The notes under the pieces were generated by a model that saw only the letters and a list, made by a program, of their open reading frames with translations, was not told where the DNA came from and made no database searches. A stretch of DNA of 64,000 nucleotides from Camelus ferus (taxonomy: Eukaryota). Of the stretch, positions 62,845 through 64,000 are shown piece after piece. Within the stretch, counting starts at the first letter, position 1, and each line of letters starts with the position of its first letter. The position numbers were made by a program, and so were the translations under genes. The stretch lies in the NCBI RefSeq assembly GCF_009834535.1, contig NC_045697.1:45324001-45388000 (forward strand), written 5' to 3'.

Positions 62845-63157
62845 GTGTTGAGTCCTGGGGCTGACTTGACAGTATGCCCCTAAGTGCCAGGCTGTTTCAG
62901 GTGCCATAAAGGATGCTGGAAGGAAGAACAGTAATGATTTTCCCTTTTCTGTAGTAATTTGTCATCTTGTAAAGGAGAATAAGATATAGCAGAGTCTTGT
63001 GATGAACATTCATCTGATTATTGTTGATTAATCAATCATTAATTACTTAATAGTAGTTGATTGATTATTTGATGAGCCTTCAAGGGAGACTTGTTCCCAG
63101 AGCTGTGGGAATATAGAGGGAAAGGACAGCTTCAAACTCCCTTGTGTTTTCTTGTTT

Positions 63158-63343
63158 GCAGCTGTGATTCTTAACCTTAAGTGCACATTGTAATCACCAG
63201 GGGAGTATTAAAAAATACGGAGGCCCTGGTCCAACCCCAGGGAGTCTGATTAAATCAGTTTGAACTGAGGGCCCTGGGTGTCAGGATTTAGAGAAGGTCC
63301 CTCGACAATTGTAATGTGCAGTGATGATTGAGAGAGAACCATT
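63158..63343. mobile_element. MER5B-like hAT MITE
   Basis: gtgattcttaacctt...gcacattgtaatcaccagggga...tctgattaaatcagt...gtaatgtgcag...gagaaccatt. Confidence 0.7.
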
Positions 63344-64000
63344 TTGTTATAGGAACAGGCGTCCCTGCAGCTGATTCCCGAAATACTCAGTTTGACAATC
63401 TGAGAGCGATGCTCATTACAGACATGTAAGAAAACTATTTACCATTTCTACCTAATTACCATGCAGCATAGTGATGATTATGCATATCATTGTGTGTGTC
63501 AGATTAGCTTCCCCGTAAGCTTTGCTTGTTTTCAACATTTCATTATGAAACTCTGTTCTTTGAGGCTCCTGGGAATTGGATCATCTGCACACATTTAAGA
63601 AAGGGAGGGTGAAATGTTTGTTGTAAGCATGAAGTAACAGTAAACATGATCAAATTACAACTGTACTTAATTACACGGGCAATAGGGTAAGAGAGTCGAC
63701 AGGAGAGAGTTACGCTCATTTTCCGATTACCTACAGAAGGACCTCATCTTTCTCACGCTAGTTTCTCAAACTATAAACATGCATTTTTTAGCTTTTTTTT
63801 TCTTTTTGGTTTATTACTCAAAATATTGAGAGAGAAGGAAATAAAGAGATGCTTGTCCTGCTTATTACCTGTGCCTGCTTCCTAGGTGACTGGTGTTTCC
63901 CACCTCCCCTCTTGTCTCCATAGCCATCATTGTTAAACTAGGAAATAATTTGAATGTCATTTAGCATTAATTTTGTAGAGTCCCTACTATGTGCCAGGGA

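Noticed and set aside
52942..64000. Further PRKG2 coding exons
   Set aside because: No segment encoding the expected continuation (EKKLITDALNKNQFL...) was found; the next exon lies beyond the window.
1..64000. CRISPR arrays, operons or other prokaryote-type systems
   Set aside because: The sequence is mammalian with spliceosomal exon structure, and I saw no regularly spaced repeat-spacer arrays.

Overview
This is mammalian genomic DNA, probably camelid. That call rests on a tRNA-derived vic-1-type SINE and cetartiodactyl-type L1 3' ends; I saw no Alu, Bov-A/tA, PRE-1 or SINEC copies. The window holds the 5' end of PRKG2 (cGMP-dependent protein kinase II) on the + strand. It has a CpG-island promoter at about 42.5-43.5 kb with a probable non-coding first exon. 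After an intron of about 9.5 kb comes the first coding exon (exon 52468-52941, CDS 52481-52941), which encodes the myristoylation site, leucine zipper and autoinhibitory segment. The rest is upstream intergenic and intronic DNA rich in repeats. These include a 3.5-kb 5'-truncated, disabled L1 with a perfect 11-bp TSD splitting an L2, two ERV1-class solo LTRs, many MaLR/ERVL LTRs, L2, MIR, hAT relics and microsatellites. I found no convincing previously undescribed biological system. The best second-look items are several resolvable nested insertions, including two adjacent 5'-inverted L1s inside one MIR and an L1 inside another L1's unusually long TSD. Candidate PRKG2 regulatory elements are also worth checking: a possible second promoter and exon just upstream of the coding exon, an HRE/E-box cluster, a G-quadruplex, a full CRE and a MER41-like LTR. 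Repeat subfamily names are recalled from consensus sequences and need RepeatMasker/Dfam confirmation.
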